64,000 bases of DNA from Diadema antillarum. Lineage: Eukaryota. The stretch covers positions 2,790,001-2,854,000 of the forward strand of contig NW_027270908.1 of NCBI RefSeq assembly GCF_040938485.1. The letters are read 5' to 3'. The notes under the pieces were generated by a model. It was not told the origin of the DNA, searched no databases, and worked only from the letters and a program-made list of their open reading frames with translations. A program made the position numbers and the translations under genes. Shown here one piece after another: positions 40,501 through 55,500 of the stretch. Numbering within the stretch: the first letter of the stretch is position 1; every line of letters starts with the position of its first letter.

Positions 40501-43500
40501 GTCTCACACAGCGTACGAAATGAATACCTCACAGCCCCACACTGGGTGACAGGTAGAAACACCCCTGGGGCGCCATTTTCTCCCCTACCGGCCCAGAATA
40601 TGTATGTGCAGTCATGTGTGGAGACCGAGCGGGCGACTTTATTGGATCCCCGGCGGCGGATCATTGAGCGCGTTCTGCACGGAAAACGAGCGTACACACA
40701 CACACACACACATACCAGACACGTACGGTGTACAATGTAGAATATAGAATGTCATAAAAAACCGAAGGAGACCACACACAAAGTATACTGCCCCTAGCAA
40801 AGAGAGCATTACTGCCATAACGCTTGATAGAATTAATTGATTTTGAATCACAACGGAGATATTTCACACCCGACATCGCCTGACACTGATCAAATAATCA
40901 CATCAAGCCTTCTTGCACTGAAAGAAAGTTTGCTTTATCCTATCACTTGGGACATTTTAATATTCTTATTGTTTGACAGGTATTGATTTATTTGATTTGG
41001 TCGTGCTCAGTAAATTGAGTAATGTATTTAAGAAGAAAGATATAAAAATGGAAGTTGAATATAAGTTGCGTTAAATGAGAGCTATAATTTTTCAAAAACT
41101 GAAGTGACCATCAACTTATCAAGAGCTATGTCTGCTACCATAAAGACGAGAGGATTGATGTTTGCAGGGTCGTGAATGTCGTGAAGTGTCAAAGAAATTA
41201 TTACAATAATGTTCAAATAGACCTACTACCACGTTTGTCTACCATTAGTTACGAAAATGATCATAGATTTGAACACTTTCAAGTAGAGTCATAATTGTGT
41301 TATTTACGCTAAATGATAAATTGAACTAGTGTCACTGTTTGCACTAAAATCGTTTTACGTCTGCTTTCGAATGGGGCTCTCCCGAGATGCTGTCTCTCAA
41401 CATTAAATGAAGTGTGAACGTTCCCATTAAAGGATCTATGCAATGAAAAGGCACACTGATGATTTATGCTACTCTGACCATCACGAGTATACGAGTATCT
41501 GAGCATGTGCTATATATTGTACAATAATTTTCTACTATTTTACTTCAGATTACTTGGATGTGCCCATAGAACGCCTCCCAAGCCAAGATTCTGTTGATGA
41601 CATCATCTGTCGGTTACTGCTAAATTGCTAATATGATTAACAAAAAAACACTGGAAGGCACCTTCTCCTAATCTGAGCATATCTTGCATGCTCCCATGTT
41701 ACTAACATGATGAGCAAAATACATTGTTTGGTAACATACAGGTTATGCTCAGTCTCGGGGAATGTGCATTCCGTTGTCTTTAGTTAATCTTACTAGGCAT
41801 GCTGTAGCAGTGATTGCCTGATGATGTCATTGACAGTATCTTTGTTTGGAAGGATTTTTTTTCTTTTTGTGGATGTATCTAAGAAATCTGAAGAAATGTA
41901 ATGGAGTGAGCACAAAGCGTTGTGGATTACATGGGTCCTTTAAGCGCGCTGGTATATTCCGCAGCCGAGCGGAACGCGGAGATAGCCCCCTCCCCGTGAT
42001 ACCACCCAGTGAAGGCATCACTTATTATAACAGCCGAGTCTTGAGCGAGAATTTGACGAGAATGGACGGGTTTCTTTTGACTGCTCGCAGTACAATCTTT
42101 CCTCTGCTCTACTCGGAGTTAAGATTCTTCTTTTGACCTTGAACTGAGTTGGAATAAGAAATCTTAGATGACTACCTGCGCTGATTGTCAAGTAATAGGG
42201 AAAATATTTATGAATTTTCATCTGTTTCATGTTGATGCCGCGCTAACAGACCGGGATCAATTAGTTTCGAAATTGTAAGTCATGATAAATATCAGTAAAA
42301 TTGTGGTTGCTTGTTCGTTTGTTTGTTTGTTTGTTTGTTTGTTTGTTTGTTTGTTTGTTTGTTTGTTTGTTTTTGTCTTGTTGTGAGTTGAGATTCATCG
42401 CTTTCAAGAGTAAAATCTGCTTTCTGGATAGTCAACAAAATCAATCACTGCTGGTCCGACATTCATTTTGGTAGAGTTGTACATCGGTCGGTTCATATTT
42501 GTTTGTTTGTTTGTTTGTTTGTTTGTTTGTTTGTTGTTGTTTTTTTTGTTGACATGTCCACTTAAGTCTCGTTTGTTTTGTTCTTTTCTTTGCTGTTTTT
42601 TTTTTTTTGCTTGTTTTTGAATTGTTGATTGAAGTACTTTGTAATCAGAAGGGTTTTTCGTATCGCTGCGCTGATCTGCAAAATCAATGTACATTATTTC
42701 GATGTGATTCGATGTATACAGGGCGCGGCTATTGCTATGTTTCGTCTGCGTTTTAACAGTGTACATAATCATAAGGATAACTTGAACTTGAACTTGAACT
42801 CAAAGGGTAAGCTGAAATGACATGCATACTCATATTCGCACATTCAAACCTTTTTGGAGTGTTATTTGTTGAAACTATCGGAAGTGTGACACAGAATTAT
42901 CAACGCACATAATTAGAAATTTGGAGTTATTTGTCCAACAGTGGAGTATGTTTTCATATACATCAGTGATATAATTTTACAAGAAATTAATGTTTTATCC
43001 ATATTATAGCACACGATAAATGTATTATGCATCATGTCAAATCTTTCATTTCATACTGCAAACACATCTTCAGTCGAAGTCTGTACGCAGTCCTTCTCAG
43101 TATAAAAACAAACAAACCAAAAGGAAGACAGTGATTGCTTGTTTTGATTTCATCAACATTTTGTTCGTTAACCATGAACAGCTTTGATAGTCAAGCCTCA
43201 ATCTCGCCTCGCGTCATTAGGTGGCCAAATGGGTCGAGGAATATTAACTTGACTTTGACATCAAAATTGCGGGATTGGGAACGGCTGTACACTGCCGACT
43301 CGGTGTCTTCGTTTCGTTTAATTGTTTGTTTGTGTGTTTGTCTTTTTGTTTGTTTGTTTCTTTGTTTGAATTTTTGCTTGTTTTTAGTACGCAAGAGATC
43401 AACAAATAAATCCGACAGACTGACGTTTTCATTGACAAGAAATTGTCGTCTATAACCACACGCACAAATTAGACGAAAATTGAGGACAATCGACTTCCCT

Positions 43501-46500
43501 TCTTTCAAAAATATGAAATTGGTTTACGGCATAATGTGTTGAGTTTTTTCCAATAGGGTATCAGTCGAAGGTTTTAATAATACGTGTTATACTTACGGAT
43601 TATAATTTATGCCAACTGCTCGAACGGTGACGTCTCCCTTCATATTCATTAAAAAAAAAACACCCCGTGAATCTACCACCTGTCGTAGTTGAACACCTTG
43701 CTATAGCTGAACACATTGCTATGTCTTGTTCTCCAATTCAGATAACGTGGCCAAGCTTCTGATCGCCGAGGCTTTCCCCGAGGACGAGGGGGACTATACC
43801 TGCACGGCTACCAACGACGTGGGGCAGGTCTCCTGCAGTGCAGACCTTACTGTGCAAGGTACCAAGACCAAGATATTATAATCATGAGGAGTTTAGATAG
43901 ACTGTTAAACATATTAAAAATAGGAACATAGAAAGATAGATAAACATATAGATAGATAGATGGACATAGATAGANNNNNNNNNNNNNNNNNNNNNNNNNN
44001 NNNNNNNNNNNNNNNNNNNNNNNNNNNNNNNNNNNNNNNNNNNNNNNNNNNNNNNNNNNNNNNNNNNNNNNNNNNNNNNNNNNNNNNNNNNNNNNNNNNN
44101 NNNNNNNNNNNNNNNNNNNNNATATTGATAGATAGATAGGTAGGTAGATATATTGACAGATAGATAGGTTGATAGATAAATAAATAAATGAATAGATAAG
44201 TAGATAGAGATAGATAGTAGACGGATTGATGAATAGGTAGAGAGAAAGATATATGGGTGGATAGATAGATGGTGAGACATGATGAGGGATATATACATAT
44301 ATGGCAAGATGGGTTAAACGATATAAGTAGATAGATAAATGAATAAATGCTCTGATAGACTAATAGACGAAGTGATAGACAAAGTGAAGTAAAATAGAGT
44401 CAAAGGTAATGCAAATTTACCGAAGAACAGATGGGTGGATAGGTACGTAAGTAGAGGTAGTTAGGTTGATAGATGGATACATTGATAGAAAGAGAGTTCA
44501 ACTGATTCATAGTTTGACAAATAACTAAAAAGATAGATGTATAGATAAGTAGATACAAAAACAAATAATAATATGTAGATATTAAAAAAATGGATATTAG
44601 TGTATAATACATCCAAATTGATAGAGACGAAGAAAAAGAAACAAAAGTGACCCACAGGTAGACAGGCAAAGAGGATAAAAAATTATCTATTATTGTATTT
44701 TTTTAAATATTTTTAGTGTTTAACTTATCTCTATTTTGTTGTTTCATGTCCTAGCAATTGACATTTCTGACTGATGATTTGCTATTTCACAGATGACGAA
44801 TCCAACCTCAGTGTAGAGAAGGCTGTATGTGAGGAGGAAGCTGTGATAAGGGCGCCATCTAGCGACGGAACTCGCAGTGTGATCGAGCACGATTCTACCA
44901 AGGACAAAGTCGCAACAACTTTCAATGTGCGCCTGTCCAAGGTGATAAACGGGACCGAGCCCTCAACGGCGGTACAGCTTAACACGAACACCAATAACAA
45001 TAAAGCGGTCGTTTCGGCGCCAGTAGAGCTATCTCCGCCTGTCGTGTCGCCAGAAAAGCCCGCTCCGGTGGTGGAGCCCGTGTCTAAGTCAGAACTAGCC
45101 GCGGTCAACGCAGTCATGGATCACGCAGCTCAGAACGGCGATCGCTCTCCTCCGGCATCCGAGCCGCCCGCCTTTCTGGAGGGCGGACTCCGCGACGTGA
45201 CGGTGCTCGAGGACAACTCGGCCATGCTGAAATGCCAAGTCGTCGGCGAGCCCGAACCCGACATCCACTGGTACAAGAACGACGTCGAACTCAAGAACGA
45301 TCGCAAGTACAAACTCAGCTTTCCCGATGACGATGTCGCGGTTCTTATCGTGAAACTGGCCACCCTAGACGACGCGGGGACGTACACGTGCAAGGCCGTT
45401 AACTCGTGTGGTTCTGCAGAGTCAAGCGCAAAGATCATCGTAGAAGGTAAGTCAGTTCAATATTCGCATTAATTCTTTGTATGCTTGAGTATAGACTGGC
45501 ATAGAAAACCTATAGCATTATACACACTTTCCCAGACATAAAAAGGATTAAAAACGCCTTTGGGGGGGGGGGGGGGGGGGGGGTTGCACAACCACCTTTC
45601 ATATATTTTCCCCTTTTTTTTTCTTTATTTTTATTACCACTGTTTTCATTTAACCCTATACACTAAGATACTACAAAGATGACACCTAATCTCGGTTTTA
45701 AGTGCCCATTTGGTTCAGGAGATTGAATTTTACACTTTTTCCGTGCCATGATGCTGCCGTAAATGCGATATAAATTACGCGTTTTTAACTTGTTTTTGTT
45801 TTTTTCTTGTAGAGTTCCGTACTTATCATCGTTTTCAAATGTTTTGATTGTGTGCAATCTTCAGTAATTCGGAGTGAAGAGCCCTTTTATGATGCAAGTG
45901 ACGATGGTTGCGTAATGTTAGTCACACTATGACAATCAGACTAGAGACTATTTCTTTCTACGAGGCAGTAATCATTCAATATCACATCAGAGTCCTAGAT
46001 ATAACTCTCTTCGACCCGTTTACAGCTGAAACGATGCAAGCAAATTCTAATAGCATGGGAATATATGATATGCATGTTCGTGCGAATAATGTGCAACCAA
46101 CTGTTACGGATCAAAAGTACTTCATTCGCTCACCTTTACGATAGCCAAGCAGAAAATGAAACCAGTGGTCAGTTAGAAATGTCGCACCGATCATCTTCTT
46201 GATTGATTACGCTCAATGGAAACTAACGAATTGATTTTTGGTGACACTTAGTTTCACTAACCCCAATGAACTCCGGTTTCGCCTGTGTATTCATGGGGGG
46301 GGGGGGGGGGAGATTGTAATATCTTGCATTTTGATGATATCAAACTTGGGTATGTAGGTAGGGAAATTATGTTTCTCTAGCTTGGGCAAGTGAATTTCAG
46401 ACTCGATATCGTGTACTCGTCGTCCATAAGTTTCCAGTTATACAATCATCAATGGCGTGTATGTTTATGGTATGGAGAGGTGTGTTCGTGTTACACGATT

Positions 46501-49500
46501 AATTTCAACACTGATTAACAACAAATGTAAGATGTGAAGTATATGCAGTGTTATCAAGTCAATGCATTGTGTTGGAATAGTTCATTTGTTTGTTCGTTTG
46601 TTCGTTTGTTTTAAGAATTAAATACAATAATCTCTTCTACATTTCTGGATGGACCATGCAATATCGGGCATTTTCATACACATTGCATAATGCGCGCCCA
46701 TCTTATGTCCTATTCAAGTTATGTTTATTGCATGGTATGGAAAATACATGCCACACTTAAGTTATGATTGTATTTGAGGGACCTTTAAGTCAGGTGATAC
46801 ATTACTGTATTCTGCGGCCATGTTTAAAGGTCCTTATTGTTCATGCACTGTTCTGTCTGTGACGGAGAAGGCGAGACCTGTGATCCTATTAAAATCCGAC
46901 GTCTAAGGCATCTATTTTAGGATAGTGGCTGTCTTCGGTAAACGCTTCCCCAAATCCCATGAAATGTCACCCCAAGATGTCCAGTCGCATTCATGAAAGC
47001 ACGTGGTAGATTTAAGATATACAAGTGTAAACTGTCTTCACTTTTACTCTTCACAATGAGTGCTGAGATTATTGTTTGGAATCTTAATTTTCTTTGAATC
47101 TCAGAGATGCCGAAATTCAAGATGATTTGTGACAATTGCATGCAAAATATTGTCACGTCAGTAAGTTTCATTCACTGACCATGGCCTTCTAGTTGAAATA
47201 TTGGCTATACCGTATTAATTATATTGTATATGATTACGAAAGCAGAACAACTCAAGGAATCAAGATACTGTCATAATGTATCGTATAAAGGCTCCTGAAT
47301 CTAAGATTTTCAGGTAGACAAAATTTTCCCCACCCGCCATCCATGTCTTCGTGTTGATGTTATCGCAGAACAAATATGCACCTGGCTAAACGAAAAAAGT
47401 ATGCATCTCTGCTTTGCGTACGTTCTACAACCTGCCATAAAGATTGTTATCGGTGAAAACACATCTACCACTATTTAGATGGACATCTGACAGTGTAAAC
47501 ATCTTGTTTTAGAAAGAAAACAACGGCTGGAGTAGACCATTGTACGATGGGAATAAGTACAATTGTGATTATGTATCTGCAACAACTTGACTCCAGTAGT
47601 GTATCATACGAGTTTTACCTAGAAAGCGAAAAGGAGCAAGGAAAAGGGGTGGGGGTTAACACTACTTATCAGAATTGCAAATGGAAGCGAAAAAGAGATG
47701 TTTAAAATAATATTTAGCATACAGTGTGCAAAGATTGAGATAAAATTCTCGTTACAGGCGGCGCGGAAAATCCATTGCGAACTGATATAGAACTTGCTTG
47801 AGAAAAAGGTCTTAAATTGGAAATGATTATAGGAAAATAGATCGGCGAGGTAAGAAGAGATGAAACTCAAATGAAGACAGTGAATGACAAATGAATGTCA
47901 ATCCAGTATTATGTCCAAAGAAATCCTCTAACTCTGTGGCCTATTTCTCGCTCATGTCAACTCACCTTGTGTCTTGATTTAATTGTTTTTTGATGATGTC
48001 ATGTTTACCGCGAGAAGTTTCGCTCGTGTTGGGACTTAGGCATGTAAAACAGTTTTTTTTTAATTCCACTTGCGGTTAATTTGCCGAGAAGATTAGTTGG
48101 TCTGTCGGGAGCAAAGTAACCCCTGTCAGAAAAGTGCATCATCTTTCATTTCTTCTTCTTCTTCTTCTTCTTCTTCTTCTTCTTCTTCTTCTTCTTCTTC
48201 TCCTTCTCTCCCTTTCTCATCATGTCTTTCTATATACCGATACTTCTGGGCAATTCCGCGGTAACGGAATTACAAATTAGAGAATTTTGGCTCATATTCT
48301 TTCACCCTGTATACAGGATTGATTACTTTGCCTTCTCTTGATACATTTAAAAGATGCAGAGGTACTCACACTGTCACCCCAAATACAAATTTGTTAAATG
48401 TTCTCACTTGGTTGGTTACAAAGGAGGTCTATGTGCGATGGTAACGGAATTACCAGAGAATTTAGTCACAACTCAAACTCTGACTTTGGGAGTTGTTTCT
48501 CTGAAATCTATAACACATACACTGTAGTTTGTTATCTGATTTCATCTTTGATTGTGTCGACTTCAATTCGGTTGTATTGTTTTTCAAATATTTCATCACA
48601 TTTTCCAAGCAGCACGCTTTTTTCCTGTAAAGTCAGTGGTAACGGAATTACACAAATGGTAACGGAATTACTCCTTCTGAAATACACTGGAAAAAATACA
48701 CATTCTTGGTACTCATGTATTTTGAAATGTCTTGATAAAGATTGCTTATGCCTTTAGCTATAATATAACCACTAAATAAGTACTCTCTAGCCTTTGACCT
48801 TGAACTGCTACAAGTGTATAGGTGCCAAATGAGTTTTTATTGTCAAAAAACATAAAATGTTCATGCTAACGACTGTGAATTGAAGTTGTAACTATGTCAA
48901 TCAAGATCTCGTAACTTCTAAGTACCACATCCATCAAAATTTGTCTACTTTTAAGTTAAGAATTTCACACTCTGCAGGTAAATGACATCTAAGACACATG
49001 GTAACGGAATTACGCTCGAATAGCCCTACACAAGTACAATTCTATAAATCCAGTCAACAATACTCAAATTTTCTTGTATTTCTTTTGTTGATATCATGCA
49101 AGACAGATTTCTCTGTTTCTTCTTCCTAAATATGCCAATAATTGACAATATGTGTGAATTACTTACAGGTATTCTACATAAATATGATGTGCACATGCAT
49201 AAGAAAATGATAAAAAACTGTCCGGATTGACACTGAATTTAAATCTAAATCATAAAGTGCCAATTTACAGTGCAAGAGCACAATGTGCAGCCCCATCATT
49301 GAACACAATGTTTAATATTAAGGATGAACGCTACAGATGCTTGAAACTTTTAATTTGGAAAGTGAAGAGATGCAGTTGTGGTTCAATGACAAGTATAACA
49401 AATTACAATTCAATCATAAATAGAAAAGAAAATTTTCTTATATGGTACTGCACCAGTGCTTAATCATTATCATCTATATGTTGTGGCATATATTAATCAC

Positions 49501-52500
49501 TAAAAACTTGTGACATTTTACTAATAGCTGAAGTTGCCCCCTGGTATATAATGTAGTGCATAATTTGATAATTCCCTTACAGTGTAAGTCCTACTTAAGC
49601 CCACCAAAATAAAATGAACTAAACTAAAAGGAAATAGAAAACAGCAAAATAACTTTGACAAACTACAACTCTTTGAACCATTAGAGTGAGTCCACCAAAT
49701 TCTGTTAATTCATAGAAAGGTAAGAGGGCCTCTTTTATCCATCTGCAGCTCACTGTGTTAGAGATAGATTAATCAACCTGTGAATAATGTTAGTATTTAC
49801 TTCTTACCACACAAAATTTCCAAATGACGTCTTCAGAAACACAATCATGACTAAGCCTATAATTTTCCTACAAGTTTCCTGTCTCTGTCTTTCTTCTTTG
49901 ACTTTGTCTATTTTCTCATCCTGAGTGTTGCTATATATTTACTCACAAGAAGTGTGCATCTTCTCTTTTGCAGTAAGTTGAATTTTGACTGCCTGAAAGC
50001 AAATTATAAAATACACTGTAAATACACTGTAATGGCACTTGTATGAAAGGAAAGTGGATTGTACAGCAAATGGTAACATGAAGAGTAAAGGTAGAAGCAG
50101 AAGCCCATTGACTTTAATATTTAAAATCTTCTTAGGATTGGAAAGTATAGGCTTAAATGTTACATTTCAGAGCTGTATCACAATTACTGACTGGGTAAAT
50201 GTTCATCACAAATGGTGTTTTTGTCTTTATTCCTTTTAAAAAGAAAGGATTAAAGAACAAATTTCAAAGGGTAGCAGATGCTCTGTATCAAATGGGCATG
50301 AAAATCAAAATACATGTCTCTGTGGAGGAAAGATCTAAGAAACAAATGAAAGAAGGTAATAGTCATACACTTACCATTAAAGATAAAGGACTTGAGGATG
50401 AAAACAGGACATGTTCAATAAAAGGTCAGACTATCGACTTGGTGATAATAAAGCCTTTAGCATACAGAAAGATCAAAGGTGTCACATTCAGTGGGCATCC
50501 CGTGTCAAGTAATGACTTCTATCACATTGTGTATGATCCTTCTCTTAAATTCTTGATCCTTCCTCACAAAAATCATTTCTCTCTGTCAGTAGCAGTGCTC
50601 TCTTTTCCTTTTAAAGAAATTTTATGTCCTTCCTCTTCTTTGTAACCTTTGTTCAATTTATGCTGCATCACACCCATTTAATAGTCCCTCATCACTATAC
50701 TTAGATTTTGTATGAAACCATGAGACTTTTTAGCAAGAAAATATACAAATTGATATCTCAGAATTCAGTATTGAGAATGAGTATCTGTAGCAAACCCTAT
50801 AAAGTTATCAGTTAGCACAGTCTCCATGTACACATGTAGTTCTTGTACATGAGAGAAGGTGAAGGAAGGGAGGAGACTTTCAGCACAAGAAGTCTTGTCA
50901 AGCGTGTACCCTGATGTCAGGACTTACTGTCAGAGGTATCCAGCTACACTGTATGCTGAGTCATGTCAGTGTATCATACCATACATCTATTTCAACTTTC
51001 ACTCCTTTACTGCCAATCACTAACACTGTTAAGCTCAATAATAATGCCCTGAAGCTATTTCATGGACAGTTCACATACATATTGGCACGAAAGTAGGATA
51101 TGTCATTCTCTTCCATATTAGATGTGCGTGTAATTCCGTTACCATGTAATTCCGTTACCACAATTACAGAAGAACTGAAGGAGATATTTCACAAAATGTT
51201 TTGTGACTTTTCAGGGAGTCACATGTAGAGAAAAAATTTACAAGGGGAGAAAAAATCAGTGATTAGTTTGTTCAGGAGAAAACTTTTTTCAATTTTATGG
51301 TAACGGAATTACGTCAATTTGTCAGTAGATTTTGAACATTTCTCCAAAAAATATCATAATGAGAGTGACTGAATGCTTCATTAAATGTGATTGTTGAAGC
51401 ATAGGAATAAAAATGTGGAAGTATGGATAAAGCAGAGAGATATTTAAGTTGTTTCATTTTAAATTTTCATTTAATATTGTAAGATTTTAGATAAATACAA
51501 TAAATAGTCTTCCAACTTCAAAAGTGTGTACAACAAAAACGAGGAAAGTTATTGGTAAAGGGTTTTTTGTTTCCGTAAATACAACAATCCGTCTGTACGG
51601 GAAACTTAAATTTCTGAGCATTTACTTAACTTTTAATTTTGCTGTTTTTGCCCTTCCCATACGGAATTGCCCTTCTGTCTTTGTCTATCGATCGATCGAT
51701 CGATCGATCGAGTCGTCTGTCTGTTCTTTCTATCTATCTTCATAGCTGTCTCTTTCTTCTCTTTCTGTCTATCTCTCAAAGAAATATACGCGCACACATA
51801 ATATGAGCAGATATAGAGTACATAATAATATATTTGTATATTTCTCTCTTTTTTCTGTCTGTCTATCTTTCCTTTACTGAACAACAACAACAACAACAAG
51901 ACACAAAGAGCATTTCGTAAAGGAAGAATGATATCACTTAAAAGTTTAAATTTTCTTTTCTTTGCATTCTTTGGACATAAATTTACTACATGAGGTAAAT
52001 TTAGGACAGCAAACTGTTTGATGTGAATAAAGATTCTATATGCCTTAATTATACAGTAGTGTGGTTTTTAATAATCATAATTTCGGCATGGAAGCAAAAT
52101 ATTTGACCAAAGAAATGAAAATGGAAAAAAATGAGACAGTGGGTACATAGATGTATACATGTACGTGCATTTATGCTTTGTGAAAGATATGAAACATGTT
52201 CAGAACTATCAAAATCATGCGCCGTTCTAACAAGACATTGATTTATAATGGTTAGGTGATATGAAATAGTCATGTGAATTACAACGTCGTAAGAAGTCAA
52301 ATGGGAACAAACTCTGTCAGCTGAAAACCAACTATCCTAGATCAAAGTAAAGTTCATGTGACAATCGGTACGGGAAATGTACAGCACATGCATCTTTGTA
52401 AAGAATTTGCCACAAACCAGCAATCTAACAATGAATGTATGAATCGCATCCAAATCACACAATATTTACATTATGTGGTATTATCAATTTTGTATGTGGT

Positions 52501-55500
52501 GAGTTCATCTACCTGTATACGTTGACCCATCGGTGTGTTGTGTTAACGCTCTACACTCGAAAAAAAAAAAATCAGCCTGTCACGATTTTATTGTTGCCAG
52601 TTACAAACAAGGGGACACCACAGCGTACATACGTTAAGTGTACATTATCACCGTTGTAATCGCGACAGTAAATACGTCTACACTTCGCCTGTTTGTAAAG
52701 CTCTGTATACAAGGCGTGATTGGATTTTAAGCCCATGCACAACACCGTTCCTCATATTGTTTCCAAATGTAAGGTCCAGAGGTACGTCTGATTAACTTGT
52801 TTCCGTGGTATTCCTCACTAATTAGCATAAATGTGGTCAATGACGAGGGACGAGGAGTTAATTGAAAAAAAAAAAAATCGTCAAATGCACCTCTGTAGAA
52901 ATAACGTTGCAATTAAGTACAAGTCCGGAGCTAACGGTCGGTTTTGGTCGACAAACCCCACAATGCTCCTTTTTTTTTTTTTTAATACGGCACTCGGTCA
53001 GATATTGGGTCATCACTCATAAAATCCAAGGGGAAGGAATATAGGATGCATTTCTTCGCAATTACGTAATACTGTATAAATATTATCACATTACCCACAA
53101 TGAAGACGTTTTGCTTGACCTATATAGTATACCTTTTGAAAAATTCATCAGTCGCAGCTAAAATGAGGTCGATTTTTTTTTTTTTTTTTGGGGGGGGGGA
53201 CATAAAAGATGTTCCAGCAAATAAGGGTCACTACCTTAGAATAGACCAAGGGTATCATCAAGTCTAATATTATTATGCCAAACCAGTTTGTGTTCTGAAA
53301 TGTCACGGCGCAGACAAGAACAAACCTCAAAAGGGAGGCGGTAATCTCGAACGGTCTGCCGCATAATCCTATTCTGTACTCCCCATGACATTTAAAGTGG
53401 AGCGTATTAGTGCATGTAATAAGAGGGCATGTTTACGGGTTCGTAAAACCATCGGTCCGGTCCCTTACGCACTGCCTATCCTTTGCCAAAACATTAACCG
53501 ACGAAATTTAGTATCACATATTTGCAACGTTAAAATAATCATATACATGTACATCAAGTTTGTCACTCAGTCGTATGATTTCAGTGAATTATGTCTGTAG
53601 TTTATGAATCAATTACTCAAAATTGTAATTATATATCTCTGAGTGATGGCATGAACTTTCTATATTTTAATGACGGGCAAATGAAAAACAGTCCTTTAAG
53701 CCATAATATTGGGCTGTTATTTTATCATGTTAAACATATATGCGAAGTCAATAATCAGGCCAAAATGGTAGTATTTAAGGATACTTAAATTTGCAATGTT
53801 CATATTTACTGTGTACAAATCATGACATTATAGAGTCATAGAGAGGAAAGAATCCAAAGGTCATTGACCTGTCAAGGCTGTTCCTGGAAAATTAACCCTT
53901 TGAGTGGCGATTGACACATACAGAAATCCCACATCGTTGAACACATTGTCTGAAGTCCCTTGCACACAAAGGATAAAACAAAAGTGTAATATTTTTTATG
54001 TCCGGAAGTTTATCTCAAATATTGCCGTACATCTCTACTTTAAAAAAAAAAGATTCCAGTTGGCATTTCACGAAATGAAATATTTATAATTTCAATCCCA
54101 CCTTACATGTCGTTGAACAGCAGCCGACACAGAATACTATATTGCTTTCTTTTTGCTTCTTTTTTTTGTGTGTAAATATATGATACTATACTGTCTTGTG
54201 TATTGTTTGCTGGTACATTTACTCTTTTACCTCGGTGGTGGAAATAAATGAAGTATAATGAAAACGAAATACAACTGTACTGTAAATGACTACAATCGAA
54301 AATGTCTCATTATGACGTCATCTACAGCTCCTGCCAGCATCAAGGATGCCCCTCGCTCCGTCCAGGCAATGGCTGGCAAGGATCTGACCATCACGTGCAA
54401 CTTCGTGGCCATCCCCGAGCCGGACGTCGTGGTGTGGAGCAAGAACCGCAAGACCATCAAGGAGGACGACAGGATCGAGGTCGACGAGACGGAGACGAGC
54501 ACGACGCTGATCGTGGGCAAGGCCACGCACGCCGACGCCGGCCGCTACACCCTGCTGGTGGAGAACGAGCTCGGCTCCGATGAGGCTACCATCAACGTCA
54601 GCGTACTAGGTGAGACGACAGACCAAGCCGGCATTTTGTGTTTGTTTGTTTGTTTGTCTGTTGTTGTTGTTTTGTTGGTGGTGGCGGCGGTGGTGATGGT
54701 TGTGTTGGTGGTGATGCTGACTTTTATTGGGGGGGGGGGGGGGTGGTGTTCGACATCAGCAAAGATTTGTCTCATTTCGTAATATTAATACATTATAGCA
54801 CCTATCTGTAATGGTAAAAATATGAATGTATGCACATTCTTTTCTTCACATGAAACACCCTGGATTTACTGAAATAGCCGGTCGTGGTTCTCCCACTGTG
54901 ACTAGCAATGGGCAGCAAACGGTATCAACCAGGCACATTGTGCCATACGCTTGAATGAATGAATTTCATTAGGGGTCACCAGCACAGATCATTATTGAAA
55001 TTGACAGTGGTGTTAGCAGTGATATGATGCAATTTTTGCCCTTCGTTCGATTCCAGACAAACCCGACCCGCCGGTGGGCAAGCCGATCGCTTCACACGTT
55101 ACTCGCGAGTCACTCACTCTCTCATGGACCGGCTCCAGCTACGACGGGGGTAGCCGAATCACCGGGTACGTCATTGAGATGCGTACCGCTGGGGACAGAC
55201 CCGAGGGATGGCAACGCGTGGCCACCGTCTCCAACACCTCCCACTGTCTGGAGGACCTAAAAGCGGAAACAACATACATCTTCCGGATCAGCTCGGAGAA
55301 CGAGTTTGGGATCAGCGAAGCGGGCCAGGAATCCGATGAGATACTGACGGTTGTGAAGGAGCAGAAGAGTAAAGCGCAACCAGCGAAATCCGAGTCTGAC
55401 TCCGATCGTAAGCCAACTCCTGTTTATTGCTGCTTGTTGTATAGAAAGGAATATAAGCAGAAAGAAGATAAAGAAACACATGAAGCTGTGGCGGAGTGCC

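Noticed and set aside
41549-41631. Possible alternative terminal exon (DYLDVPIERLPSQDSVDDIICRLLLNC then stop) after a good acceptor
   Set aside because: It would truncate Ig8 mid-domain, and no poly(A) signal was seen nearby.
5205-44307. ORFs containing runs of X
   Set aside because: Artefacts of reading through the four N-gaps.
50199-50645. 148-aa ORF inside the 3.4-kb transposon
   Set aside because: Non-ATG start, no DDE or DNA-binding motif recognisable, and minus-strand frames are broken by stops.
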